DNA of 63,425 bases, filler included, from Chrysochromulina tobinii (GCA_001275005.1; 7 parts of 7 records of this genome joined end to end with filler, not necessarily neighbours in it), one strand, 5' to 3'; counted from the whole stretch's first letter, positions 1-10,590 are shown. Notes: a model not told the origin generated them from the letters alone. Translations and numbers: made by a program.

Positions 1-1610
1 GCCGCTGCCGCTGCCGCCGCCGCCGCCGCCACTGCCGCCGCCGCAGACGCCATCGCCGCCTGCGTGCGGGCAGCGCCGGCGCCGCCGGTGCGACCAGCCC
101 CCGCGGGCGCGGGTGCGGGCGCGGCGGCGGCACCACCATTGCGCATCGCAGCAAAGGGCGCGGCGGTGACGACGAGTTCCAAGTTGGGGGCCTCGGAACA
201 TGCGCGCATCAAGCGTGCAAGGCTGCCTGCCCGCCGCATGTCCACATACGCAGCCGGCGCAAGCTCCGCCGCCCCTGCACGCACCTGGCCACGCCGATGA
301 GCCGCGTCATCCAGCGCCGCACAGAAGCGCTTGTCCTCGAGCTGCGCGTAGCCGGTTTCGTCAAGGAGCTCGCCGCTGAGCTCGAGCACCACGTGGCCTG
401 CGGGGATCGCACTCGTGCAACGCACACTCCACCCGGCCTCGCCCCACGTGGCAGAGACGCCGCCCACGCCTCCGCCGCTGCCATCGTCGCCCTCCGCCGC
501 CGCCTCGTCCGCCTCGCCCTCCGTCTTTGCCTTGCGACCTTCATTGCGACCATCATTGTGACCATCATTGCGACCACGGCCAACCGCCGCCTTTGGAGGG
601 AAGGCGAGTAGCTTGTGCGGCGGCACCGCCACTTTGCGCACGGGCGGCGGCGCTCGCGCGTCATAAGGGATGGCGAGCCGCCTGCCGCCCGACACGGCGC
701 CGCCCGACACGGCGCCGCCCGACACAGCGCCGCCCGACACGGCGCCGCCCTGTGTCTCGAGCGTGAAGAGGAAGGCGGCGCCGCCACTCAGGTCGTCATA
801 CGCGAGCACGCGCGCCGCCTGCGCCGCACTCAGCCCACGCTCGCTCTCCGGATGCTCCGACGCTGCAGCGAGCGCCGCGCGCACGAGCGTACCCCGAGCC
901 GCCGCTGGCTCGAGTTCGTCGGCCTTGGGGAGTGCACGCGCCATTCGGGTCGTCTCTCGGAAACCGTCGCAGGCGCCCGATGCTACGAGCGCCCGCAGCG
1001 CGACCGCCACCGGCGCCTCGCAATGTGCGATCGTGTGATACCCTTGGCGCAGCCAGAAGCGACGCGACTCGGGGATCGCAGACACGACCACGAGCCACAA
1101 GCCGACGGCGACGCTCATCTCGGAGATGAGGGCGAGGAGCACGCTGCCGAAGCCTTTGCGCCGTTCGGTGCGCACGGCCGCGAGGATTGGAATCTCGAGG
1201 AACCGCCCGCTCGAGTACGATGCCGCCTCGTGCACCTCGAGGATCGCCGCGGCTACCACGCGCCCGCGCTGAGACAGCACGATGCGCCGTGCATTCGCAA
1301 ACGGGCCCTGCATCGAGAGGACGCTTTCATCGACCTCGACCTCGCGGAGGACGCGGTCAGCATCCGCACCGCCGACCTCCGTGCCACCCAGCGAGTACGC
1401 CAGCTCCTTGGGCGCGCCCGGCACCGGCAGGTCGATGCCCGCGTACACATCGAGCGGCGACGGCTTGGCCGGCGCCTGCCGCGTGCGTTTGGTTTCGCTG
1501 CCCGAGGCACCTTTGGCATCGGTGCCCGAGGCGCCTTTGGCATCAGCGTCCGACGACGAGGAGGGCGCGCCACGCTTCGAGGGGCGATTGGAGGTGCGAG
1601 TATACGGCAT
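1..1610 (-). CDS. GNAT acetyltransferase + SET-like domain fusion protein (3' end runs off the window; absent from the ORF track)
   Basis: Manual translation from ATG at 1610 (MPYTRTSNRP...). GNAT motif EIPILAAVRTERRKGFGSVLL...VVSAIPESRRFWLRQGY at ~1035-1200. SET motifs GWSVRCTSAIPAGHVVLELSGELL (~365-436) and YVDMRRAGSLARLMRACSEAPNL (180-248). Confidence 0.7.
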   Translation of the reverse strand, partial: MPYTRTSNRPSKRGAPSSSSDADAKGASGTDAKGASGSETKRTRQAPAKPSPLDVYAGIDLPVPGAPKELAYSLGGTEVGGADADRVLREVEVDESVLSMQGPFANARRIVLSQRGRVVAAAILEVHEAASYSSGRFLEIPILAAVRTERRKGFGSVLLALISEMSVAVGLWLVVVSAIPESRRFWLRQGYHTIAHCEAPVAVALRALVASGACDGFRETTRMARALPKADELEPAAARGTLVRAALAAASEHPESERGLSAAQAARVLAYDDLSGGAAFLFTLETQGGAVSGGAVSGGAVSGGAVSGGRRLAIPYDARAPPPVRKVAVPPHKLLAFPPKAAVGRGRNDGHNDGRNEGRKAKTEGEADEAAAEGDDGSGGGVGGVSATWGEAGWSVRCTSAIPAGHVVLELSGELLDETGYAQLEDKRFCAALDDAAHRRGQVRAGAAELAPAAYVDMRRAGSLARLMRACSEAPNLELVVTAAPFAAMRNGGAAAAPAPAPAGAGRTGGAGAARTQAAMASAAAAVAAAAAAAAA

Positions 1611-2128
1611 TGTTAATCGCGTGTCGCGAGCGAGACGCATCGAGAAGTCAAGTCAAGTTTACTTGTGCAGTTTCAGTTTCAGTTTCAGTTTCTTCGCGGT
1701 CCCCCCACGCTCACTCCACCACCGTCTCGACGGACGGCTCCGCTCCCCTCGGTCAACACAAGTACTGAGTACTCGCTCGCATGAAGATCTTCTTCCATGG
1801 AAAAAGTCGCGCTTGCCATGCGAGGCCGAGGGCGGGGCCTCTGCCGTCGGTGCGCGGTCCTACATGTAACCCAATGGAGCATGCTTGCTGTACCAGACTC
1901 CATACTGATATGAGACATATGAATACACTGTGCCGTACATACTGCAATGAACTGCATTCCGGCGCGAGGCCGCGGCTCAGTCTGATCGAGGAGGTCCGAT
2001 CCAAATTAGTACATGTACGACGTAGTCAGAGGGGGCAAGGGGCGGTGTGTTGAGCGTCAGGCAGCGTCAGGCAGCGTAGCAGGATGTCCCAGCGAGAGGG
2101 TCCGAGTCTCTGCACGAGACTCGGGTCC

Positions 2129-2959
2129 TTACGCGAGGAAGCCGAGGTCGTGCCCATTCTGCTTGGCGAGCTTGATGAGCGACGAGCGCAGCGTCTTCGG
2201 CGTCTCCTTGACGAACTCCTCAAAGTCGATCACTTCGTCGCCGTTGAGATCGCCACGGCCAATAATCTGATCGATCTGCTTCTTCTCAATGAATGTGAAC
2301 CCGAGCGCGTGCAGCGCGTCGCGGACCTCCTGGCGATCGAGCGTGCCGTTGCCGTCCTTGTCGGCAGCCTCGAACATGCGTCTGAGCACTAGCTGCCCGA
2401 ACGGCGTCTCGCTCGTGTCCACGAAGGCCGAGATCACCTTCGAATGCTGCGCGATCACCTCGCCACGCAGCTTGTTGAGCTCCTGCTCGCCCAGCAGCGC
2501 CTTGGCGCCAGTGACGACGGGCGCAAAGAGGCCCATCGTCGCCTGCTTGCGCTTGTCTTTCTTAATTTCCTCTATATTCTCGGCGTGCGACTGAACACCC
2601 GTTTGCGCGCTGAATTTGCGGCCATCGGGCAGCACCACAATGAAGTCCTCGGGGCTGGCCGGCGCGAGATCCTCCGGGCTGCCGATCCAGCAGCCCTGCT
2701 CGTTGCAATAGTATGCCTCGAAGGGGATGCAAGCTTCCCCTTCCTCGGAGGCCACCTCCGATTTCACTTCCTCGGTCACCTTCGAGGCGGCCATCGTAAT
2801 GGGAATCGGGGTCAGCTCAGCGCTCCACGCGAGGCCGTCGGGCAGTTGAGAGCTGCTCATGCTCACCGCGCACACGGGCGCGCGGGCCGCCGCAGCGGCG
2901 GCCGCATGGAGCGATCCGATGTGCAGCGCGGGCGTCGAGGCTCCGATCAACGCAAGCAT
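2129..2959 (-). CDS. PGR5: PGR5-like plastid protein with two inserted EF-hands
   Basis: GLFAPVV...NKLRGEVIAQHSKVISAF and the C-terminus LIKLAKQNGHDLGFLA match the two halves of PGR5. Between them lie EF-hand loops DKDGNGTLDRQE and DLNGDEVIDFEE. The N-terminus from ATG 2959 is hydrophobic and Ala-rich, like a presequence. Confidence 0.75.
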   Translation of the reverse strand: MLALIGASTPALHIGSLHAAAAAAARAPVCAVSMSSSQLPDGLAWSAELTPIPITMAASKVTEEVKSEVASEEGEACIPFEAYYCNEQGCWIGSPEDLAPASPEDFIVVLPDGRKFSAQTGVQSHAENIEEIKKDKRKQATMGLFAPVVTGAKALLGEQELNKLRGEVIAQHSKVISAFVDTSETPFGQLVLRRMFEAADKDGNGTLDRQEVRDALHALGFTFIEKKQIDQIIGRGDLNGDEVIDFEEFVKETPKTLRSSLIKLAKQNGHDLGFLA

Positions 2960-3667
2960 GTTGCTGGGTATCTGGACGATCAACGCTGCGTGTGTGGCGA
3001 CCGGGTGCTCGCGAATCGCGAATCGGAGCCGCGGGTCGCGAGCTCGCGGCGCCAGAATGAATGCGTAGGCAACTTCGAGAACGCTAAAACTCAACCCAAG
3101 CAAAACAAGCTTAGCAAGCAAGCTGTTTGGCGGAGTCTCATAATTTTATTTTTTGTGATATCATGTTGGTATCATGTGTTCCAAATAAGAGCATCATATA
3201 TCAATATCATGTCGTGCATTATGTATCATTTGGGGTGTCTCAGAGTTTCGAATCTTGGCTGACATAGGAAATTTCGAGGCCATAATTTCGAATCGTGTGT
3301 GACAAATTTCGATAAAATTTCGATTTTTTCTCTTCGATCCCGCTACTATTGTATGGCAAATTTCGTGGATTTCACAATTTCACCCCTCTTCGGAAAATTC
3401 GTTCCGTGAGCGATCTACAGAACCCCACACGCGTAACCCACACGCACTCACGCAGCGGGCGCAGCGCGGACAGAGGCTCCAGACTCAGCGCGGCACACAC
3501 TACATGTGTAACAATGTCAATATTTTACCAGACCAAATTACCCTGCTCTGTGAGGGGGGGGTCATGGAACATTCTGAATAAGCCCTTGTTACATGTACGC
3601 TCGCCCCGGCGTTGAATTGAGGTTCAGGTTCAGCCAACCCGCGCACGCTGGTTGTTCTATATGGTCA

Positions 3668-4288
3668 ACCAAGCGAAACAAGACTCAAGACTCAAGACTC
3701 AAGACTCGGGACTTCGTTCGTTGCGAGTCTTGAGTCCACAAACACATGAGTCTTGAGTCTTGAGTCTTTCGGGTTTGGAAAAACTAAAAAAAGACTAAGT
3801 CTCAAGAGTATGAAACGTCGTTAGTCTTTAGTCTTTTGACGAGTCTTCAGTCTTTCTATACTTGGATAGTCTTGAGTCTTGAGTCTTGAGTCTTTTGGCC
3901 TCACTCAATAACCTTATTGACTAACCTTAATGACGAACTTTGGCGAACACTATTGACGACACAATTTATTGACAAATCACAACTACATAACCGGTAGGTT
4001 TCGTGAAGAACATATGACATAAGCGCGTTTCTAAATGCCGATGCTTGGCGCCGGCTGTTGGCTGCTGTTGCCACACGTAGCCAGGCAGCCCGCACCCGCC
4101 GCCCCAAGTGGCTGAGGCATGGCCCCGAAAGTTGGAGCCAAGGCAGCAACGCCGGCCAGCTGAGCGCGAAACGGGACCGTGTTGCCAGCCGCCTGCGGCA
4201 TCGGCATGTGCTGCTGCTGCTGGAAGCGCTGCTGCTGCTGCTGCTGCGGCGCTTGCTGCTGCTGCCGCTGCTGCGCTTGCTGCTACGC

Positions 4289-4340
<52 letters not shown>

Positions 4341-4875
4341 GCTTGCTGCTGCGCTTGCTGCTGCTGCCACTGCTGCTGCTGCTGCTGCTGCAACTGCTGA
4401 TGCTGCTGCTGCAACAAGCCCTGCTGTGCCATGTGTGCGCCGTGCGGCGCTTGTTGCAGATGTTGCTGCTGCTGCTGCTGCTGCTGCGCTTGCTGAGGCA
4501 ACATCGTTGCCGCCTGAGAGCACGGCCTCGTGCCTCGAGTGTCTCAGTGCGCGGGGAGGAACCATCTTGACGTGACCCGTGTGAAGGAAACATTTTTCGT
4601 CAACTTTGGAACTGTTTCGAAGAATCAAATTTAAAAGACTCCGGACTCAGGACTCGAAACGAGTTCCATGAATCTAGACGTCAATAGTCCTCGAAAGTGT
4701 GAGTCTTGAGTCTTGAGTCTTATTTTCCCGATTTCCTAAGATTCGATCCCTTTTATGACTCAAGACTCGATCGAGGCATCTTGAATGTCGAGTCTTGAGT
4801 CTTCACTCCTGTTTTGAGCGACTCTTGAGTCTTGAATCGTGATTTTAGCGACTCTTGAGTCTTTTTTCGCGTGGT
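3668..4875. mobile_element. Putative non-autonomous TIR element with GACTCAA/TTGAGTC subterminal arrays, nested inside the previous element
   Basis: 23-bp TIR with 2 mismatches: ACCAAGCGAAACAAGACTCAAGA versus the reverse complement of the right end, ACCACGCGAAAAAAGACTCAAGA. Dense 7-mer repeats at ~3680-3897 and ~4635-4862. Confidence 0.55.
4200..4500 (-). pseudogene. Degenerate polyglutamine-coding (CAG)n fragment inside the TIR element
   Basis: Interrupted CTG/CAG tract. The minus frame reads PQQAQQQ...QQA, then a CAG>TAG stop at 4283-4285, then continues QQQRFQQQQHMPMPQAAG. Confidence 0.4.
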
Positions 4876-5342
4876 ATTCCATAGTTCTACCTCGTGAGCA
4901 TGAGTGCCGCCTGGATGTAATCCCCAAGCGCGGCCCACTGTTACATGTAGCCCACTGTTGGTCAACGAACATGAATTTCAGAAGTGAGAAGACGCGCCAG
5001 CGTGTCGAGCCAGCGTGGGTGCGGCGGGGCTGGGGACAAGGGTGGGCCCCGATGAGCGAGCGCGGCGTGCGGCACACGGCGCGGCGGGGCTGTGGGGGGC
5101 TGGGCCGAAGTTGCGAAGATGGCGAGACAGTTTGAGGTCAGGTACTGTCTGAGATGTCCATCTAGTGACCGGGGGCCATACATGTACCTTTCGATGATTA
5201 TCCGGTACATGTGTACTGCGTGTGCTTGGGAGGCAAGTGGAGCGGTGAGTGGCAAATTTCGAAAAATTTCGGCGCCTGTGCGGCGCCTCTGGCAAATTTT
5301 TCTCTAAATTTCGCGAAACTCTGAGGGGTGCGGGGGGGTTTC

Positions 5343-6805
5343 CAATACGTATCCTGATGTAGCCTGCATGTATCCTGCATGTATCCTGAAGGATACATGT
5401 ATCCCAAATGTATCCTGATGTATCTCAAATGTATCTTACATGCTCTGTTACATTCCAAGAGAATACATGTATCTTGACATTTTGCATGTAATTCACACGT
5501 ATCCCAAACGAGTCCAAGATACATTTTGGGATACACATCAGTCTTGGGCGCTTACTTGGTGTCACACTGGATACATGTCAGGATACATCAGGATACGTGT
5601 ATCTTGGACTCTTCATCAAGATACAACAGGATACACCGACAGATACAAAATCACGATACATGTATCTTGGACGGGATACATGCGGGATACAATCTGAAAC
5701 GCATACCTCGAATGTATTCTGTGAGGTACGTAACTGAGATGCAAGATACATGCGAGATACATTCGAGATACATTTGGGATACATGTATCTGCAGAGGTGA
5801 TCAAGATACATGCGGGATACACCTGAAATACATCATGAGATACATGTATCTCAAATGCATCCAGAGATCGACATATCTGATATGAAGGAGACATGCGGGA
5901 TACATGCAGGATACATGCAGCATACATGTATCCTAGAAGGTAATCAAGATGCATACGGGATACATACGGGATACACATTCGGAATACATGCAGGATACGT
6001 ATCTCTGGGGCTACGGGGAACGTATCTTGTGTGTCATGTATCTGAGGGTTAAGATACAATGTATCTTAAATGTATTTTCAATGTATCCTGAATGTATCGT
6101 AAACATATCCCTAGGTAAGATACATTTTATTCTATGATGGCCAAAGTGACAGATACAAATGTATCTTGTTGTATCTCTAAAATCTCTATCTTGATGTATC
6201 TTGTGTATATGATGATATCTTGTATAGAAAACTCCCTTTTCTTGTTAAAACTCCCCCAATCCCAGTTTGGGTGTGTTTGTTATCAGGATACGTATCCTGA
6301 TGTATCCTGATGTATCCTGCGTGTATCTTGGAAGGATACACGTATCCTGATGTATTCTGATGTATCTGAAACGTATTTTACATGCTCTGTTACATTCCAA
6401 GAGAATACATGTATCTTGACATTTTGCATGTATTTTACACGTATCCCAAACGAGTCCAAGATACATTTGGGATAACACACATCAGATACACCAAGATACA
6501 TGTATCTTACTCGCTTCCGTGGTGTCACACTGGATACATATCAGGATACATCAGGATACGTGTATCTTGGACTCTTCATCACGATACATCAGGATACACC
6601 GAAATGCATCCTGAGAGAGATGTATCTGATATGAAGGTGACATGCGGGATACATTCAAAAACATGCGGGATACATGCGGGATACATGCATTCTCAGAGGT
6701 AATCAAGATACATGCTGGATACATGCGGGATACATGCGGGATACATGCGGGATACATGCGGGATACATGCGGGATACGTGATTACGTGTCTCGGGGTTGG
6801 GGGAA
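5343..6805. repeat. Two tandem copies of a GATACATGTATC-rich dispersed repeat family (probable transposon subterminal arrays)
   Basis: The block CATGCTCTGTTACATTCCAAGAGAATACATGTATCTTGACATTTTGCATGTA occurs at ~5439 and ~6381. There are dozens of GATAC/GTATC units, including (GGATACATGCG)n. Confidence 0.75.
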
Positions 6806-6829
6806 TCATGTTTCGATGCCATCATCGTG

Positions 6830-7312
6830 TACAGCACACCTATGAGGCCACCTGCTTGCTCTTTGAGCAGTAGTGGGTCAACTCCAGCACTCTGCAGATC
6901 CTCCATCTTCTGCTTTGTCATAGTATTGTCATAGCCACCCTTATCCCTGCTGATTTACCGCCTTGGTTGAGCGCAAAGCTCAGCAGCTTTTCCTTCATGT
7001 AATCCACTGAAAGGGTAGAGTTTATTTTTCCTCTTTTTCCCCCTTGGAGATTGCACTGTGTTTCCCTCTCCCATGGATCATGTAAATATGATTGACCTTG
7101 ACCACCCTCATCTCACGCTTGCAGTCATCATGCCCATTGCAGATGAAGACGGATTTAGTGACGCCATCACCTGGGTACTTCCTCTGCCACTTCCATCTGC
7201 CTCCCTCTAGGGTCTTGAGCTGCTGTTGGCCTCCCTCCATACTCTCGTGGTCTTGTGCACCTACTGGAAGCCACTCTTGTGAGGAGATGGGGGGCTCAGA
7301 GGGTTGCATCAT
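6830..7312 (-). pseudogene. Frameshifted transposase-like N-terminal fragment (MULE-type WRKY/GCM1-like zinc finger)
   Basis: GRWKWQRKY...VFICNGHDDCKREMRVVKV...IHGRGKH, then stops and frameshifts near 7022 and 6920. The sequence is AT-richer than host genes and lies beside the GATAC arrays. Confidence 0.4.
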
Positions 7313-7451
7313 AATGTCTGAGGAGCGCGGAGCGCCGTGCAATTCGCGGTTTCGCGCGCTGAGATACAGAAACTTTTTGTTCAGGATCCGTCGGCGCTTT
7401 GACAAGTTTGGCGCGAGATACACGCGATTCCATGGCCTCCACTCCCTCCGT

Positions 7452-7551
7452 NNNNNNNNNNNNNNNNNNNNNNNNNNNNNNNNNNNNNNNNNNNNTTAAT
7501 TAATTAANNNNNNNNNNNNNNNNNNNNNNNNNNNNNNNNNNNNNNNNNNNN
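7452..7551. other. Artificial contig linker (N44-TTAATTAATTAA-N44)
   Basis: Identical 100-bp spacer carrying stop codons in all six frames. Confidence 0.97.
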
Positions 7552-7744
7552 TTGCGACTCGTCGCGGCTGCGATTGGCCGCGCCGGCCGCGCCACACGCT
7601 GCTGCCACTGCCTCTGACTGCCTTGCCGTCTTCACGACCGCCCTTCGCAAGCCCTCGCGCTTCCTGATGGCATGCGAGGGCGCGCCGTGCTGGGCGTCAC
7701 TGCAGAGCGCCAACAGCGTGCATTCCCCGTGCGCTTCGAAACAG

Positions 7745-8537
7745 ATGGGACAAGACCGGGGCCGCGAAGGCGGCGGCCGACAAGGCGGCGGCCGACAAGG
7801 CGGCGGCGGAGAAGGCTGCGGTCGCGAAGGCGGCGGCTGCGAAGGCAGCGGCGGACAAGGCGGCGGCGGACAAGGCGGCGGCCGCGAAGGTGGCAGCGGA
7901 CAAGGTGGCGGCTGAGAAGGCAGCGGCCGAGAAGGCGGCGGCCGAGAAGGCGGCGGCCGAGAAGGCGGCGGCGGACAAGGCGGCGGCGGACAAGGCGGCG
8001 GCGGACAAGGCGGCGGCCGAGAAGAAGGCGGCGGACGAGGCGGCGGCACAGAGGGCGGCGGTGCAGAAGGCGGCGGCGGAGAAAGCGGCCGCCTCGATGA
8101 TCAACCAAGGTGCCCCGTGGGACTTCTTCATGTCTCACGTACAGCGCGAGAGCGGCCCTGATCTGGCGCTCATCACAAGGGACCTTGAAAAGGCAGGCAA
8201 GGAGGTGTGGCTCGATAAAAACATGAAAGACTGCAGCACAGCTGCCATGATGGAAGGGGTGGAACATTCCAAGACGTTCGTGCTTGTGCTGAGCGATGGA
8301 TACTTTGACAGCCAGTTCTGTGTCAAGGAGCTGCGTCGCGCCATCAGCCTGGAAAAGAAAATCGTGCTGTGCCACAAGCAAGGTGTGAACGTCGGAGCCA
8401 TCCTGCAGAGAAAGCCAGCCGGTCCCGAATTCGCAAGTATCGGCGACAAGCAGTCGCTGGAGCTCGTCACCTCCGATGCGGTGTATCGAGAGTTCGCAGT
8501 CAAACGCCTGATGGATTCCGCGTCCAGTCGCGTGTGA
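7745..8537 (+). CDS. TIR-domain protein (TIR_2-like) preceded by a KAAA(D/E) pentapeptide-repeat stalk; 5' exon(s) uncertain
   Basis: WDFFMSHVQ...VWLDK...[32 protein letters not shown], with the catalytic-position Glu in CVKEL. About 20 KAAAx repeats at 7768-8093. An in-frame stop at 7665 implies an upstream intron (candidate AG at 7743-7744). Confidence 0.8.
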
Positions 8538-8544
8538 ACTGCGG

Positions 8545-8780
8545 CGTGCCGGCGTGCCGTGGGCGGCGTGAGGTGTGAACGGCGTGAGGTGTGAACGGCG
8601 TGCCGTGGGCGGCGTGATGCTGTCGTGTGGTCCGACGCGTTCACACACACGACGTTCACACTTGGGTGTGTGGGCCGACGACGAGCAGTGCAACCGTGCG
8701 CAGCTCCAGGTCCAGGCCCAGGTCCAGGTCCAGGCCCAGGTCCAGAGCAGTGCAACCGTGCGCAGGTCCAGGTCCAGGCC
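8545..8780. repeat. Short tandem repeats downstream of the TIR gene: (GGCGTGAGGTGTGAAC)x2 and (GTCCAG/GCCCAG)n
   Basis: Visible directly in the sequence. Confidence 0.7.
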
Positions 8781-9591
8781 CATCGCCGCTGCTCTGGAGA
8801 CAGAGACTGCCTGTAACTGCCTGATGCACACCGAGGAGCGAGGGTGAAGTGATCGGATGGGTTGGAAGTGTGAAGTGGACGGGGGTGCCACACGGACTGG
8901 GCGGAAGATGACATCCGTCTGAATGGCGTGGCGCCGCGGCGAGAGACGAGCAACGAGGTGACGAGTCGTGGTAGAGTCGTGGTATCCTATCGGGATCGTC
9001 GGTGCGACAAGGTATCAAGATAGCGAATTCCGAGTATGTGGTTGTGCGTGGATCAGTGTGAGTCGTCATGGAGTGTCGAGTCTGTGTATGCGGTGCGGTC
9101 GCTGTCGTGTGTGTCACCTGTGTGCGCGTCCCCCCGGTGCTGTGAGCCCGGTCGCCAGTAAACGTGCTTTAAGCTTCACTTTCATGTTCACTTTGTCCCG
9201 ATCGTTCAGTTTGGTTCTTGAGAGGTCGAGACCCGCTCAGAGTCCTGAGATTGATCCTGACTCGGTAGGGCGGCCTCTACATGCAACACGGCGGTAACAG
9301 ATCGCATCTCCATCGTCGACGCTTCAGATCATTCATCAAGCATCACCCAGGGCGGACACCATATCATCGCCCGGGGCACTGCTCGCACCTTGTGCGCGAT
9401 CGCCGATCCGATGCGCCGGGAGATGCGAGCTGCGCGGCATCACTGTGGGATGTGCGGGCGAGACTGGGGTTCTGTGCAGGCCTTTGCATTTCCCCACAGA
9501 GCGGGGGGGCTGCCGCGCTGGGAGGCGCCCCTGATGAGGGATGTAATTGCGCCTGAGGTCAGTGGCACAGACTGTAGCGACTCATTCCTTC

Positions 9592-10461
9592 TCAGCTCGC
9601 GCCACGCCTCGCTCCACGGCCTTTGCTCCGAACTCGTGCTGCCCTAGCCATCGGTGGCGCCGCCGGTGGCGCCGCCCGGTTCCGAAACAGCACGTTCGCT
9701 TCGCAGCCCGAGCCCTGATTAAAATGGCGAGGCTCGTCGCATCGAAAGGCTCCTAACGGCTCAAATCCGAGCGCATGCAATGCGTCCACGGTGGTGGTGC
9801 AGTTGGGCTGGTTATCGTAGATGCCATCGCACGAGTCACGCAGCGTCTCGAGCGAGACCTCCGCGACGCGCCTCAGCAAGCCCGCACCCGCGGCGGCCAG
9901 GAGGCTGAGGTCGGCCCCCTGCGCGTCGATCTTGAGGCGCGCCACCGGCCAGCCAGCCAGCCACTCGACGAGCACGCGCCGCAGCGTGATGGCGGGCACC
10001 ATGCGCGTCTGGACCGTCTTGGCGCACGCACGCGTCACAAAGCCGTTGCTCTTCCAGCCGCCGTGCTGCGGCGTGTGCGTGCGGCGCAGCGACGAGCAAC
10101 CGTCGCGAGGCGAAACGTAGAAGGGCACGACGCCCTCGTGATCCGAGACGGCAAAGGGCAGAATGACGCCGCGTTCGTGGTGCCATCCGAGATGGCCAAC
10201 GACGCGCGCTCGAGCATTGCGCGCCAGCAGCAGCGCCCACTTGTCCACCAGCGGCTCGAAGGCGACCAAGAAGGCATCCGGGTGCTTGGGCAGCAGTTGC
10301 ATGTCCCATGTGTCGAAGGCATTGGTTCCGATTTCGACAAACAATTCCTTGGTGCTGTTGGGCACGGGGATGCGCCCGTCGCTGCTCATGTGCAGGACGT
10401 GCAAGGGCACCGAGAGCGCGCCAGTGGCAGGGTCGAGGAGAAATGGGGTCGACATGGACAT
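9592..10461 (-). CDS. FkbM-family SAM-dependent methyltransferase
   Basis: LFVEIGTN, VAFEP, PFAVSD and LKIDAQGADL motifs. Confidence 0.75.
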   Translation of the reverse strand: MSMSTPFLLDPATGALSVPLHVLHMSSDGRIPVPNSTKELFVEIGTNAFDTWDMQLLPKHPDAFLVAFEPLVDKWALLLARNARARVVGHLGWHHERGVILPFAVSDHEGVVPFYVSPRDGCSSLRRTHTPQHGGWKSNGFVTRACAKTVQTRMVPAITLRRVLVEWLAGWPVARLKIDAQGADLSLLAAAGAGLLRRVAEVSLETLRDSCDGIYDNQPNCTTTVDALHALGFEPLGAFRCDEPRHFNQGSGCEANVLFRNRAAPPAAPPMARAARVRSKGRGARRGAS

Positions 10462-10590
10462 TTTCGTGTGAATGGACCGACGAAGGTGTGAATTTAACTT
10501 TCCCCCCCTACCACCCCCAATGCCACAGGCCGGCACTGATTCCCATGGCGACACGCGCAGCACGCGCGCGACTACCTTGTACGCTCGCGC

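Larger units (their letters stand above)
3241..5323. mobile_element. Putative non-autonomous TIR (hAT-like) element, outer element of a nested pair
   Basis: Terminal inverted repeat CAGAGTTTCG at 3241 / CGAAACTCTG ending 5323. AAATTTCG subterminal repeats cluster at both ends. No clean TSD seen. Confidence 0.45.

Noticed and set aside
615..1616. 333-aa plus-strand ORF and the many other Arg/Ala/Pro-rich overlapping ORFs in the track
   Set aside because: Antisense or off-frame shadows of real genes, expected at this GC content.
5198..6845. Cluster of short Tyr/Met/Cys-rich ORFs
   Set aside because: Translations of the GATACATG repeat.
7452..7551. Recurrent TTAATTAATTAA palindrome inside N runs (six occurrences)
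   Set aside because: Identical synthetic linker. It is not biology, and it invalidates gene-neighbourhood arguments across contigs, such as a TIR + NLR + retroelement defence island.
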